Part shown: piece by piece, positions 27,501 through 39,707 of the stretch
Layout of the letters: every line of letters begins with the position of its first letter
Numbering within the stretch: position 1 is the stretch's first letter
Assembly (NCBI RefSeq): GCF_000150275.1
Contig: NW_002060947.1
Location: 3,588,980-3,652,979, forward strand
Length of the DNA stretch: 64,000 bases
Source: Trichoplax adhaerens
Lineage: Eukaryota > Animalia > Placozoa
Direction of reading: 5' to 3'
Notes under the pieces: generated by a model
The model's input: only the letters and a program-made list of their open reading frames with translations
Database searches by the model: none
What the model was told of the DNA's origin: nothing
Position numbers and translations under genes: made by a program

Positions 27501-28202
27501 TCCTCGACTTTCTCTTCTTCCGGTTCAGCCGCTTCAGGAATCTTACCACCCAAGCTACAGACGTATACCAAGCATAAAGTATAGATTTAGAAACATTCAC
27601 TTACTGTTAAATAGTATTACTTACAAACGTATGCACGATGAGAAATGACCGTATGAGATTACAGTGACAGTTCCATTCTATTTTAACATAACATAATGGA
27701 ATCTGACTGTCTGACATCGCATACAGCTGCACAGTTGCACATTATTACTATACAGCTTCAAGTGACTACATAAAATAAAATTAATATTATCGAGGGCTAA
27801 AATGTTTTCATTTCTATAATGTACGTAGTCCTATGTTTCCGTTTAAGGGACCTGCTGGTATCACTTCCGATCTCTTCAACTGAACTCTGGAGATGTTTAC
27901 ACTCGATATTGGACAACTGTATAATGTATATGTATGCCTCCACCGTAATCGAAAGTATCGACTTTTACTATACTGCATTTACTCCAGATAAGCTGTATTG
28001 TTAATGTGTAACATCTATTTTACTACCTTATTTGAAATAAAATTAATCAAGTGTATTCATTGCAGATGTGCTTCATTATTTCTCACCTAACAATAAAATC
28101 AGCAAAAAATTTCAATTCTGGAAGGCGCAACATCGCGGGATTATTTTTGCAATGGTCAATAAATTGCTCCAAAAGTCTGAGATGTTGGATCGAAGTTGCC
28201 AT
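24552..28202 (-). CDS. ST13: Hsc70-interacting protein (Hip/ST13), multi-exon
   Basis: N-terminal dimerisation domain ([23 protein letters not shown]), [30 protein letters not shown] exons ([25 protein letters not shown]), charged region, GGFPG/GGMPG repeats and STI1 domain [24 protein letters not shown]; stop TAG at 24552-24554. Confidence 0.94.
25046..25480 (-). repeat. Tandemly duplicated intron+micro-exon units in ST13
   Basis: Three to four units of about 125-140 bp. The introns align with each other (taaatttatgtagctacttaatga / aaagtttatgcagccacttaatga / taaatttatgtggctactcgacg), and each exon encodes GAGGFPGA variants. Confidence 0.85.
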
Positions 28203-28402
28203 TTTGCTGATAATATCTGATTTGGATTATATTTAATAAACCTGTCGAAGAGTAGTTTCAGCGTTAAATCCAACGGAAGAAAGTCACTAACGAAGATTTT
28301 ACTTACTTGTGAGAAGTTGAAATCGTGGAAGGATTGCTCGGCACAGCGGCGATTGCAATTGGTCCTCAGGTGCCACTACTCTTGCCTTTTAAGTTACTTT
28401 CG

Positions 28403-28806
28403 CAGTACTGTACACTGTACACTGTACACTGTACTGTACAGTATAATGTACTAAATCACTAAAATCGAATACAGTACTGTATGGTTCAATAGCACACTCT
28501 TAACGTGAATTTGCTCAAAGTGGCCTATCGCCTTTTTTCAATAACTGATCCAACGCCATTTTTTGCCACTTTTAAATGCATCAGTCTTTAAAATGGCCCT
28601 AGTTGACTTGACGTAAATAGAATTTCTTCATCAATATCCCGTGAAGTTGTTGGGAGTTTATTTTCCTTATTTATTTATTTTATTTTAAATTCTACATTAC
28701 TGGAAGTTAAAATCCAGATTTTTGAATATACAGTACAGTGTACAGTACGTACTGTACAGTACACCACACTGTAGAACACGAACTGTACACTCTGAGTGTA
28801 CAGTAC
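28403..28806. repeat. Two TACAG/CTGTA arrays (28403-28480, 28730-28806) in the ST13/SH3D19 divergent promoter
   Basis: cagtactgtacactgtacactgtacactgtactgtacag and tacagtacagtgtacagtacgtactgtacagtac. Confidence 0.85.
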
Positions 28807-29134
28807 GCATAGTTTAGTAATGTCATCCATGGGCGTGTTGTACGGTCTACGGGTATAACATGGTCTGTATGGTACTACAACATCATTGGCACTCAACATT
28901 AAGAGAAGGCTCCGATAAGTGGTCGAGTTACACTGTTGCTGTATGACCTGGTTCAAGACGACATCTACCTATGGTCCGCAATCTATGCTTTGAAGTTGGT
29001 ATATTTTGAAGGCAGAATAAAGGAGCCATTTCTTGCAACGAAATCAGTTGGTTAATCCAGTGGCAGAAAGGCTTATTCCCTGCTTGTGACTAGGCCTGTT
29101 ATACAAAGTTGAGCTATCTTGCCATTTAGTGTCA

Positions 29135-32100
29135 ATGAAATCCTTGTAAGTATCATATAAAAAAAGTGATTTTATAGTTTACAATCATTCAAATTGTTCA
29201 AGCAATCACTGCACAAAGTGATAGTGTAAAAATAGAAAATACATACAGCAAAAGTACATAGTGAATGGAATCATCTCCATTACTGAAATATTCAAATTTC
29301 CACTCCAGGAACAATTGAAAGTTGTTCCAAGTCGTTCAAAAAATGGCACTTCTATCGTAATATACGCGTAGAAGATTTGGCAAAGTGCGACCAAGTACAG
29401 TCGATTCGATTCTTACTGAATCCTATAAATTAGTATTGGCTTACTTGTAGAGCAATGGTAATTGACAGCTTTTTCATGGGTTAGTAGTTTTGGAACCTGT
29501 TACGAATATTGAGTGTATCTTTTGACAGCGACTAGTTTGATATGTAAATACTCTTACGTGAGCATTATGTCCATCTCCAGTACAGCAACATTATTTTCGT
29601 ATCAGATATTTTAATAGATAGTAGTATAAACTACTGTATTCGCACTTTAATTTTTAGTTACATTTTTTCCCAATGAAAGTATCTAAAACGAAATTGAAGA
29701 CGCTGTATATTGTACAGTATATCACTGTAATGGTAAAGCTACGTAGATTCCACAGTACTATACAGTATACAGTTACACCTCTGATTCTCTCATGACTCAT
29801 GTAACCGTCAATAAACATGGGATTTTAGGTTAAGAGTTCGAAAATTTCTACATTGTAGAATTAGTCAATACTTGAAAGTATACAAGCATGAAGTTATAAT
29901 AAGATCACAACACACCTCTAACACCAATGAGATTCTTTGTACTATTGATATTTTTACTAGGGAGTCCTCCGACTCTCTGCTACGATACAGTTGTCGCCAA
30001 TTTCGATACCACTGCGCAATTTTCAAAGCTTATTTTCTACTATTACAATTATTCGTAATACGAATCTATCGCCTTCATGCCAGTATCATTAAGTTAAAAT
30101 TACGACAGTGTTCTCCATAACAAAGAAAACAACCCATAATAATATAGACGTTCAATACAGAATCAACTACAAATTGCGGACAAATGTATTATTATAGATT
30201 GTGATGGAAAACGTATAATAAACATTGCATTCTTTAATTTAATTCAATGCTGTGCATACACTTTACAGTATAAGGTATGTACATTATATAAACTAAATAA
30301 CCTGAAGTATCCGTCCTTCGTAGAAAATTTAAAATACTACTCAATAATTCATACGGTAGAATATATCAATTGAACACTTATGTATATATTGTAATGGAGT
30401 GAATTAGCGGTAAAATAATCACAATTCTCCTATAAATGGTTTATTTACAGTATTACTATATTACTCTATACGTGAACAGAGCAAAGTTTGATGCCTTTTC
30501 TTCCAACAAATGTAAAATTACAGTAATACACGTTTAATGCACTTGGTGTGCAGTATTATAATGGACTATTAAAACACCTTTCTTCCAGTTCAAGAGCTGA
30601 TACTACCTGTGTGAACCTTAGTGGTCTAATTAATTATTTAGCAATCTTGTATTATTATTAAATGATACATTAAACGTGCGTGTCTCTTTTCTTGTTTAGG
30701 TGTAAGAAGCACTTTATGAATATCTCTTAATTATGTCTAAAAGGTAAGGTCACTGTCCCAAAGAAGGGGTTTCGATAAGGTAGCTCCATAATGTTTCCGT
30801 TCCATTATCAAATATGTGTATAACAATGTATCATCAATAATATAGCCATTTATAACATCATGCGATAGTATTCCATAGCTAACTATCATGCTTAAGTAAA
30901 GAAATAATAAGCAATAACACAGTATCTTAAAGATGTCCATGTTCTTTAGAATATCGTAACTGAAATTATATCATGTCACGCTTTAAACTTGTACTATTCC
31001 GCCACAACAAGCCGAAAGCGATCTTCTAAAACATGTGCTTATTTAGACCAGAAATAACAATTGTTTCGGCAACGCCGATGGATGTATCTGCAATTGATTT
31101 TAAACAAAGTAATCACTCCAGACCTCCTCCGCCGGTGCCAAATGTTCCTCCTCCGAGTTCTACCGTACCCCCGGCTCCGCGTCGCCCGCCCCCTGTACCC
31201 AAACCTCCGACTAATAAGCCTCCTTTACCCAAGCCTCCGACTAATAAGCCTCCTTTACCCAAGCCTCCTTTACCCAAGCCTCCTTTACCCAAGCCCCCGA
31301 CTAGCAAGCCTCCTGAAGCAACTACGCCTGCTATAGGAGAAAAGCCTACTATAAAACCAAGGCCGATCATAGCTCCAAAGCCTACTATCAACCCGGATCC
31401 AATACCGAAAGCTGAAGTGAAACCTGAGTTAAGCGATCAAAGAATTGAACCAACAGTATGTTATAAACTGCTCTCCATCCGTTTATTTATTAAATGAAAC
31501 CACTTTTTGTAGTTTTCGGTTAAAGATAATCTCACTCCTTTTGCAGTCTAATGAGTCACCTCACAGTATTGAAGCACGTGAAAATAGTTTTCGGATGTCA
31601 AATACAGACTTAAATGAAGATACTACAACCTCCCCAAGTTCTCATCATAAAGTATTGCCTCCAAGGCCCAACAGTCGAGTCCTACCACCTCCACCTTCAA
31701 AGACTTTACCTCCACGGCCTACATCGAAACAAATAGATAGCCCTCATAAAGACAAAGATGAAGTTTCAAATGGCATCAAAGCAGATAAATCTAGTAAAGA
31801 AACTCCAACAGTTCCTAGCCCAGAGTCAGTAGTGTCAAGACCCACGAGTAGACCACCGACAGTGCCGGTACAATCTTCAGCCCAGAAGCCAAACTTTGGC
31901 ATAACTAGAAATGAAACGAATCAGCCACCTTCACCTACCCGAAGACCTCCAGTGCCACAACAACCACCATCTCGATTACCACCACAGATTCCACAGCAAG
32001 ATATCCGTAACTCCATGCCACCGCCTCCTCAAGCTCTACCTCAACGGCAATTGCGACAAGTTTCTCCGGACTCATCACCAAAGGCTGCTTTAATGATGGA

Positions 32101-35100
32101 TAACGTTATGTCTAAGCAGCTAAACAGCTTTCAAAATCCTAACGATAAACCTCTAAATGCTCAAACCGATAACAAACCATCGAAACCTTTGCCGCCTAAA
32201 AGGCCACCACCGACAAGACAGTCAGTTATAAAATCACCTGAATCACCCGAAAACCCCTCACCGAATTTACTAGCGGATGCCACTGATTCAATGAGTGCTA
32301 TATCAGGAAATAAAGATACGCGTACAGTTTCGCAAGATGATACAATTAAATTAAGTAAACCTCCGCCACCTGTTAAGCCGAAACCAAGGCCGTCAGTGCC
32401 CTTCAATTCGCAAGATCTTATTAAACTACCAGGTGCATTTACAGCGTGAGCACCGTATTAAAATACTATAACTGCAAAATATTTTAAAGGGCATAAAAAT
32501 ATTAGCATACATTCATGCAGCAGAATCTACTAGTAGTATCTCAGATTATACAGAATCTTTATCCCTGCACAAATTTTACATACGTACAATGGTATGCTGA
32601 ATAAATGTTTAAGTACCGGTGATTACGCTATTTCTCGTACCCTAGGTCGATCGGAAGCAATCCCGCAGCAAGAATCTATAGTCAATGCAAACATAAATCC
32701 TTCACTACAAAGTTCTGAAACAGTAAAAGAAATCTCCAATTCAAAGAAAAAAGCACCACCTCGTCCGCCCATGTTTCAAGTCAAGCCTGGAGACAGTAAA
32801 CAACAAAGTAAAACCGAACGAAGTAACTCACAATAAAATACCTATTTTGTGTTACACAATATCTGTTATACTAACCTGTATCTTTATATGAGATCAAGAA
32901 TTATTTCGAAAGTTACGCAGTTGTACTTCTTCAGCTGCTGTTCATATTTTAAAGCCATGTTTAATGTAAGAAAATTATGTTATAGTAGATGGCGTTCCAT
33001 TACAACAAAGTTCAAAAATGCCACCATCGAAGCCTCCAAGATCTCTGGCTATCATATCAAAAACAGGTTTCTCAAAACATTGAATCTTTGGTTTGAGAAG
33101 GAAATACTGTGATGTATATCTTTTCACTATGCGTATAATCAACGACCTATTATACTGTAGGAATACCGCCCTTACCAAAACGTCCTGGACCAGGACATCC
33201 CTTGTATCACTATGTGGTAAATACGTATATCGCATGATAACATGCTTTTGATTGAAAATGTTTGTTAGGTACCATTGAAATTGACACAATCATGCGCTAT
33301 TATCCAACTCCCTTATAGGTTACAGAGCCTCATGCTATAGCAACATTCGATTTTTCAGCCCAGGATAACGACGAGCTGTCACTTCAAAAAGGAGATGTTA
33401 TCATTTTACTGCAAAAAATAGACGATACGTGGTATATAGGCCGAAATGATCAAAAGAAAGGCATATTTCCTTCGAATTTTGTTCGAATTGTTAAGGACAT
33501 TGGAACAAGACAAGCACAAAGCGATGTACCAGAAAAAGTTAGTAGCTAAACTAAAACATTGTAAATCATTTTAACGAAGTCAAACTTACTTTTCACCTTA
33601 TGTTAAAAAATTAGATGAATGCCGAATTCGATAAACCATGTGCTGTAGCACGATTTGATTTTGACGCCGGTAACTAGTCTTCGAACTATTACTATACAAG
33701 CAAGATCTCAGCTAATTAATAATCAACTTTGTGATGATTCGATTAGTAATAATTTATCGTTTATTTAACTAAATTGTCTAGTAACAAAAACTTTTTTGAT
33801 AATGTGTATACAATAACTGCATCTTCAACTTTTATATCACCATAATAACGTAGAAAATGAGAACGAGCTAGCATTTACAGAAGGTGACCATATTACGCTA
33901 TTAAACTATGTTGGAGAGGAATGGCTGAAAGGACAACTTAATGGAAAGATTGGAATTTTTCCGATCGATTTTGTTCATATTCTTGTAAATATCACATCTA
34001 AATGTCTCTTACCTTGTAAGTTTTTTCTCTCTTCATACGTTTTCTTTCAATTTCTCTTTCATGAATTTGTAGAAAGACTTGTCTGAGCCACATGATGCAG
34101 CATCAGCGAAGTATGATAACTTTATAGTTGATCAAAAATAATAGCATTTGTCGTTTTCAAATTGTTACTGATGTCTTTCGACAGTATCGAACTTAAAACA
34201 TACGTATGTTTTCTTTTCAGTGTTGACAGCACTGATTCTAACCCAATAAATAGCCAATTCGCTAATCCTAATAATCCGTCCATGTCAGGTACCTATAAAA
34301 TTTATATCGATTTCTTATTCAATAATCTTAGTAGTTATGCAGCCATAAAATTAACGACCCAAATAAGAACCTAGATCTTCTACCTTAAATAAACACGTTC
34401 TAATTTACAGATAAAAGTCTTTGCAAAGCAATGTTTGACTTCGAAGGGAGTGATGACAGAGAATTATCGTTTAAGGTATCTGAAAATGATTTTTAATACG
34501 GACCACGATATATACTGATTTCTCTATAAATTAAAATAGCTGTAGAATGTTACATTTATGAGGGTAACTTCAAAGCTGCATATAGTCCTATTCTTTATAC
34601 TTTCTATTGTTCAATGTACTAGGCGGGAGATATGCTTGAAGTTACTGGAAAAATCGATAATGAATGGGCAACTGGAAAGTTAAATCAAAAAGACGGAATG
34701 TTTCCAATTGCATTCGTTGACAAAATTCCTGATACATTATTGCTTGTTGCCAATAAAGAGGTATACGCAACTTAGGAAATTTGACGTGGTTGTAACAGTG
34801 CATTAAATTATATAGTAATAGCTTAATTTAGAGTTTATTCTAAAATTAACACCGCTTGAAAAGCAATCCTTTCATAACTATAAAAAGTAGTAAGCATACA
34901 ATAGGGAATTCCCTCCAATAGACGTAGGCACTTTATTGTTACTAAGACATTCTGGATAATAATATTAGTACTACTAATGATTAATTACTGTCATATTTAT
35001 ACCGTATAGGTTAATCATCAGTTTCCGCGAGATGCTACAGCATTAGTACATAAGTTACATGTTTTAATGTAGCGTTACTGTATTAAGGCCTTTAAGTCTA

Positions 35101-35974
35101 AAAATCTTCATACTGTATTGATATTACAGGTTGGCGTTCCTCATTGCAAAGCAGTATATGATTTTAATGCTGAAGCTGATAATGAGCTATCATTCCGTAA
35201 AGGCGATATAATTACGATCGTAGCAAAAATAAACGACGAATGGTTAGAAGGCAAATTAAATAATCGCAATGGAATATTTCCTACCCAGTTCGTGGAAATT
35301 ATTCAGGATCTGGGGGATAATGCAAAATCTGCCGGTAAAGTAGCAGGCAATTGATTTATGTAGTACTTTGCGATTAAAAATTGCTGTACTAGTGAATTAC
35401 GAGAGTAGTTACTGCATTAAACGTAATGAAGTGCGTGCTCTAACGTTTATTGCAAAGCACTCATATTTTACCTTTAACTTCATTTCGTAATTGTGGCTAA
35501 AGGTTCTATTTATTTTTCACTTTAGCATCTAATAGTAACTTTAATGTTAAAGCTATCTACGACTTCGATGGCCAAGATAGTACTGAATTATCATTTAAGG
35601 TCAGTAAATGCAAGTTTTTTAATATTTTAAAATGTTATCATTAGTTAATTTATTTTATCAATGAGAGCCTTAACGTAAGTTTTATGACTGTAGATCCATC
35701 TTAATTGCATATCGTAGTTTCCTAGTTTGTAATATCACATAAAGACTCGTAATATTTTTATGAATAAATGCATATATATGCCTACTTGAGAAACTGAACT
35801 TTAAAAAATACTATTGTAGTTAAAACAATGTAACCTGGCGCATATTGTCTCCAATAGGAAGGTGAATACATTACTGTTATAGAAAAAGTAAACGACGAAT
35901 GGTTACTAGGAGAAATCAATGGACAAAAAGGCCAATTTCCTATTGCTTTCGTGAAAATATTTAATAGACAATGA
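29135..35974 (+). CDS. SH3D19: SH3 domain-containing protein 19-like (Eve-1/EBP): Pro-rich N-terminus plus five SH3 domains
   Basis: Long PxxP-rich exons (31047-32445); PKRPGPGHPLY motif immediately before the first SH3, as in vertebrate SH3D19; five SH3 domains (FDF..DELS...GD...W..G.....G.FP..FV) between about 33320 and 35974. The start exon 29135-29145 (MKS) splices in frame to 31047; the ATG at 31078 is an alternative start. Confidence 0.82.
31201..31314 (+). repeat. Coding 15-bp tandem repeat (KPPTN/KPPLP)
   Basis: aagcctccgactaat and aagcctcctttaccc units repeated nearly perfectly about 7.5 times. Confidence 0.9.
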
Positions 35975-37597
35975 AATTCAGGACTGAAACGTGGATTATT
36001 CATGTAAAATTTGATCCTTATGAATAGAAATCGTCTTATTGATATCGTTACTGAAGGTTAATTATATCATTACTGGAAAAGTGACGTAAAGTGATTCAGT
36101 GGATGTCATGATGATGTTTAAAATCGGCATCTCTTTAATACTGCCTCTCTAATTTATTGATATTATTTTTATATTAGCTACTGTACACTCATGCATATTT
36201 TGCATTAAATTTAGTATTCCCCTTTAGCATTGTACATACATATATGGTAGCCATACTAACAAGGGAAATGATATACTATCTTGTAAACTTGATAAATATT
36301 TTTTTTACTGACAGTTTATTATTGTTATATTAACTATTTTTTATTTTATCTTTGCCTGAACTAAAAGTTTGATATTTGCTGTAATGCAAGTCGTGTTTAG
36401 AATAATTCCTGGGTAGTAAGAATATTATTATATGTCGTCAATTTTCATACCTGAACTAATGAAAATTTTGCTATCGTAGTGACGACCTAAAAATCGAAGT
36501 AATTGAGGCTAAGTATGATAAACATTTTTATTGAAGATAATATGAAATTATCACAGCTTTTTATATCACCCGGGCGTAATTATAGATGGAGTGAACTAAT
36601 ACATCATTTGAATACTAGGTATACTAATTCACTGTTGGTTAATTAATAATTAATATATGTAACATCATTGTATCTTATCACTGTTTAACGGAGCTATACT
36701 GTATGGAAATCTCAGTAAATTAACTCCAATGAATAATGCGATAATTCAACATACTTGTAATCCATAAATTTTGCTGCCGTATTACGACATTAACAAAATA
36801 TTGCTATATCATAAGTATGTGTACTAAGATTGTACTAAATGCTATGTATAAGTAGCATTTATTAAAAGAGTTCTAGTTAAAACTTAAATTTATCAAAAGG
36901 TGTAAAATGGTTATCATATAAATTATGTAAAATATATGGTAAAAGATATCGACTTGAGAAAGCTATTATTGTTTCGTAAGTCTACGGCACCCAATTCATA
37001 AGCTTAAATCTTGATAAAAAGAGAAATTTACTGCAACAATCTATTGGTGAACAATATTTCACCTAAGAGTGATAGAAAAAATAAGATGAATTTTTCGACA
37101 GTATTGATCTCACAGCGTACAGTTAGTGTTAAATTTACGAATTAATCAACTTATAATGAGTAATTATATATACAAGAAAATGAGAAATGTATATGGGTCT
37201 TGCTAGTATAGCTTTTATAATATATAATCGGCAACGGTTTCAGACCTTGCAACCGTCTAGACCTGAATACAATAATAAATCTACCGATTAAATATTAGAA
37301 ATCAGTTTACCACTAACGCATTAAATTATTATCTCCGTGGATAGAAAAAGTTCACGCTGTCAATTTTATTCGTAAATGCATTATTGATGAAGAATCTAAC
37401 ACCTGTTACAAATATATTTATTAGTAACATGTTTACTTCATACATGTACCAGCTGTAAAATTGTTCCGTTGTTAAGAAGCTAACATTTCAATAGCTATTT
37501 AAACCAGCATTTGAACATTTTTAAGCATATTTCAGTCCACTTTGTGGTGATTGATAATCAACAAATATTTACATTTGGTACAACCTACGTTATTAAG

Positions 37598-38369
37598 ATG
37601 AAGATTGCTTTTATATTTCTTATTGTTTTAGCTTTAAGTTATCATATATTTGGTAACCCTATCAAAGACCATGATTCCTACAGTGGAGGTAAATAATAGC
37701 AATTATCTGTACACAAATAGTCCACGCATAGTTCGAAGTCCTTTTTAAGATTTTAATTTAATCCAATTTTATTACGAAAGGTATATTTCTATTTACTGAA
37801 GAATAAGATTTTGAATCGCGTCACATACATTGGTTATTGCCTATCGTAAAAATTTCTATGATTGAATAATATAATATGTTACTATTTTATCTCAATTCCA
37901 AGGTTACGGCAATGATAGGCATAAATCCAAAACGAAAGGAATAGTTTATAAAGAAGTACGTAAATACGTTAAGAATGATCACGCCAGGCCATACTACAAC
38001 GTAGGCTACAAAGGAAAGAAAGGTTATGACGACTACTATTATATTGGTAAGAAAGATTACGACGATTATTACTATGGAAAGAAAGGTTACGACGATTATT
38101 ATTACGGAAAGAAAATGTATAATGATTATGATAAAAAAGGAGGCTATAGTAATAATTATTATGGGAGAAAGGGTCATGATGACTACTATGGAGGGAAAAA
38201 AGACTACAATGATTACGGAAAGAAAGATTACGGCCAAGAAGGATACTACTATGGTTATTACAAACAAGGACAAGACTCCCATGGTAAGGGTAAATCTGGG
38301 CGTAATTATGGCTACCAAGATATTTATGGAGATAAAAAGCATGATTATGATTACTATACTGAATATTAA
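37598..38369 (+). CDS. Secreted Tyr/Asp/Gly/Lys-rich prepropeptide, YYamide-type neuropeptide-like precursor (185 aa, 2 exons)
   Basis: Exon 1 37598-37688 encodes the signal peptide MKIAFIFLIVLALSYHIFG-NP. Exon 2 37903-38369 is in frame: ...KGKK-GYDDYYYI-GKK-DYDDYYY-GKK-GYDDYYY-GKK-MYNDYD-KK-GGYSNNYY-GRK-GHDDYYG-GKK-DYNDY-GKK... Repeated Gly+dibasic sites are the standard amidation/convertase signature. Confidence 0.85.
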
Positions 38370-39707
38370 TCGTTCTATTACTTAAATGACTCTAATTAAC
38401 CTAGAATTTAGACAAAAATAAAAACAAGATTTATTCACAACAATTGACGAGTAAATTTTTTACTCATTTATAGCAATACGTATAGTCACGGACATTTGAC
38501 GATAGTGAAATACAGTATAAGCATATCTTTACTTCTGTTGTAATGCATCTGATATATGGACGAATGATGCTACTTCATGATTTGATATATAGTTACGCTT
38601 TCAGCAACAACTAAATTGTGATGGAATAATAAACACAAACTTTTCATAAAGTCAAACTACTCTCTCTTTTGGTCATACTATTTCACAATATCAAAAAGTA
38701 CAAGTGTATTTTCAAGGTATTATCTCTAACTACAGTAGTTCAAAAACGACTTTTCAAGCCATAAAAGGTGTATTAATGGCTGAATACATGTATACTATTT
38801 GTATACGTTTCACAATCGAAAACATTACATAACTAAACTCTTATATGAATCAGGTACACGCATAGGTTCCATAGGTTAAGATTTTCAGACGATGTCAATT
38901 GCCTTGATATAAAGTTTGACAATAGTTCTGAAAAACTAGACGATATTTACATTGTAATTAAATAAGGCAAAAGTACTGTATACCTATATGGAAATTGCAA
39001 ATGTGGTTTCTGTAGTTTATCACAACACGTACTTTGGGAAACTTATCAAACATCTGATAATAAAATAATTATAATATATTGAATACTATATTTTCTCGTA
39101 GCCAACAGAGTCTAGCTATACCTATATATTTTCAGTATGTATTTACCGCAGATTGAAGCAATAAGAAGATAAATTGCTAACAGAACTCTTAGATTAAGTA
39201 AAAGTTTGCAAAGTTTAAGAACTCACTTTTTTATTGAAACTTTTATCTCGTTATTGAGTACAGTTTAGTTGCATAACGATATCAGGTAACAGAAGTCCCT
39301 AACGATGTACACAAATAATATGACTAACCATGCAATATGAGTTATATAGCTGCAACGTTCCTGTTAGTCAACTGTTGGTTCATTAAATGATCAATTCATT
39401 TCCTTGATTGACGCAGTACATGATAAAAGTTGGTAAATGTTTTTACAATAAGAGTTTCATACATTTTTAAGCAATCATATTCTGATAGATAGACAGATAC
39501 ACTATAGCATCGCATCTCAAAGCTCCTGAAATAGCAATCGCGATATGGAAGCTGAAAACTTGATTAAAATGCCTTTACATTAAGTAATCTTTAAAGCGCA
39601 TGAACGCAATCGTGTATAGTACTATGTATTTATCCTTTAAGGTTACGAGCTGGCACATCAACCTAAGTATCTAAAGTTATAGTCAACATGATATTTCAAA
39701 CCTCACG

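Noticed and set aside
31113-31391. Gly-rich antisense ORF (GGLGK repeats), also 32161-32406
   Set aside because: Reverse complement of proline codons in SH3D19.
37887-38385. 151-aa hydrophobic antisense ORF and 119-aa alternative-frame ORF over the peptide gene
   Set aside because: Shadows of the repetitive TAY/GAY/AAR codons. Only the Tyr-rich frame links to a signal-peptide exon by a valid splice.
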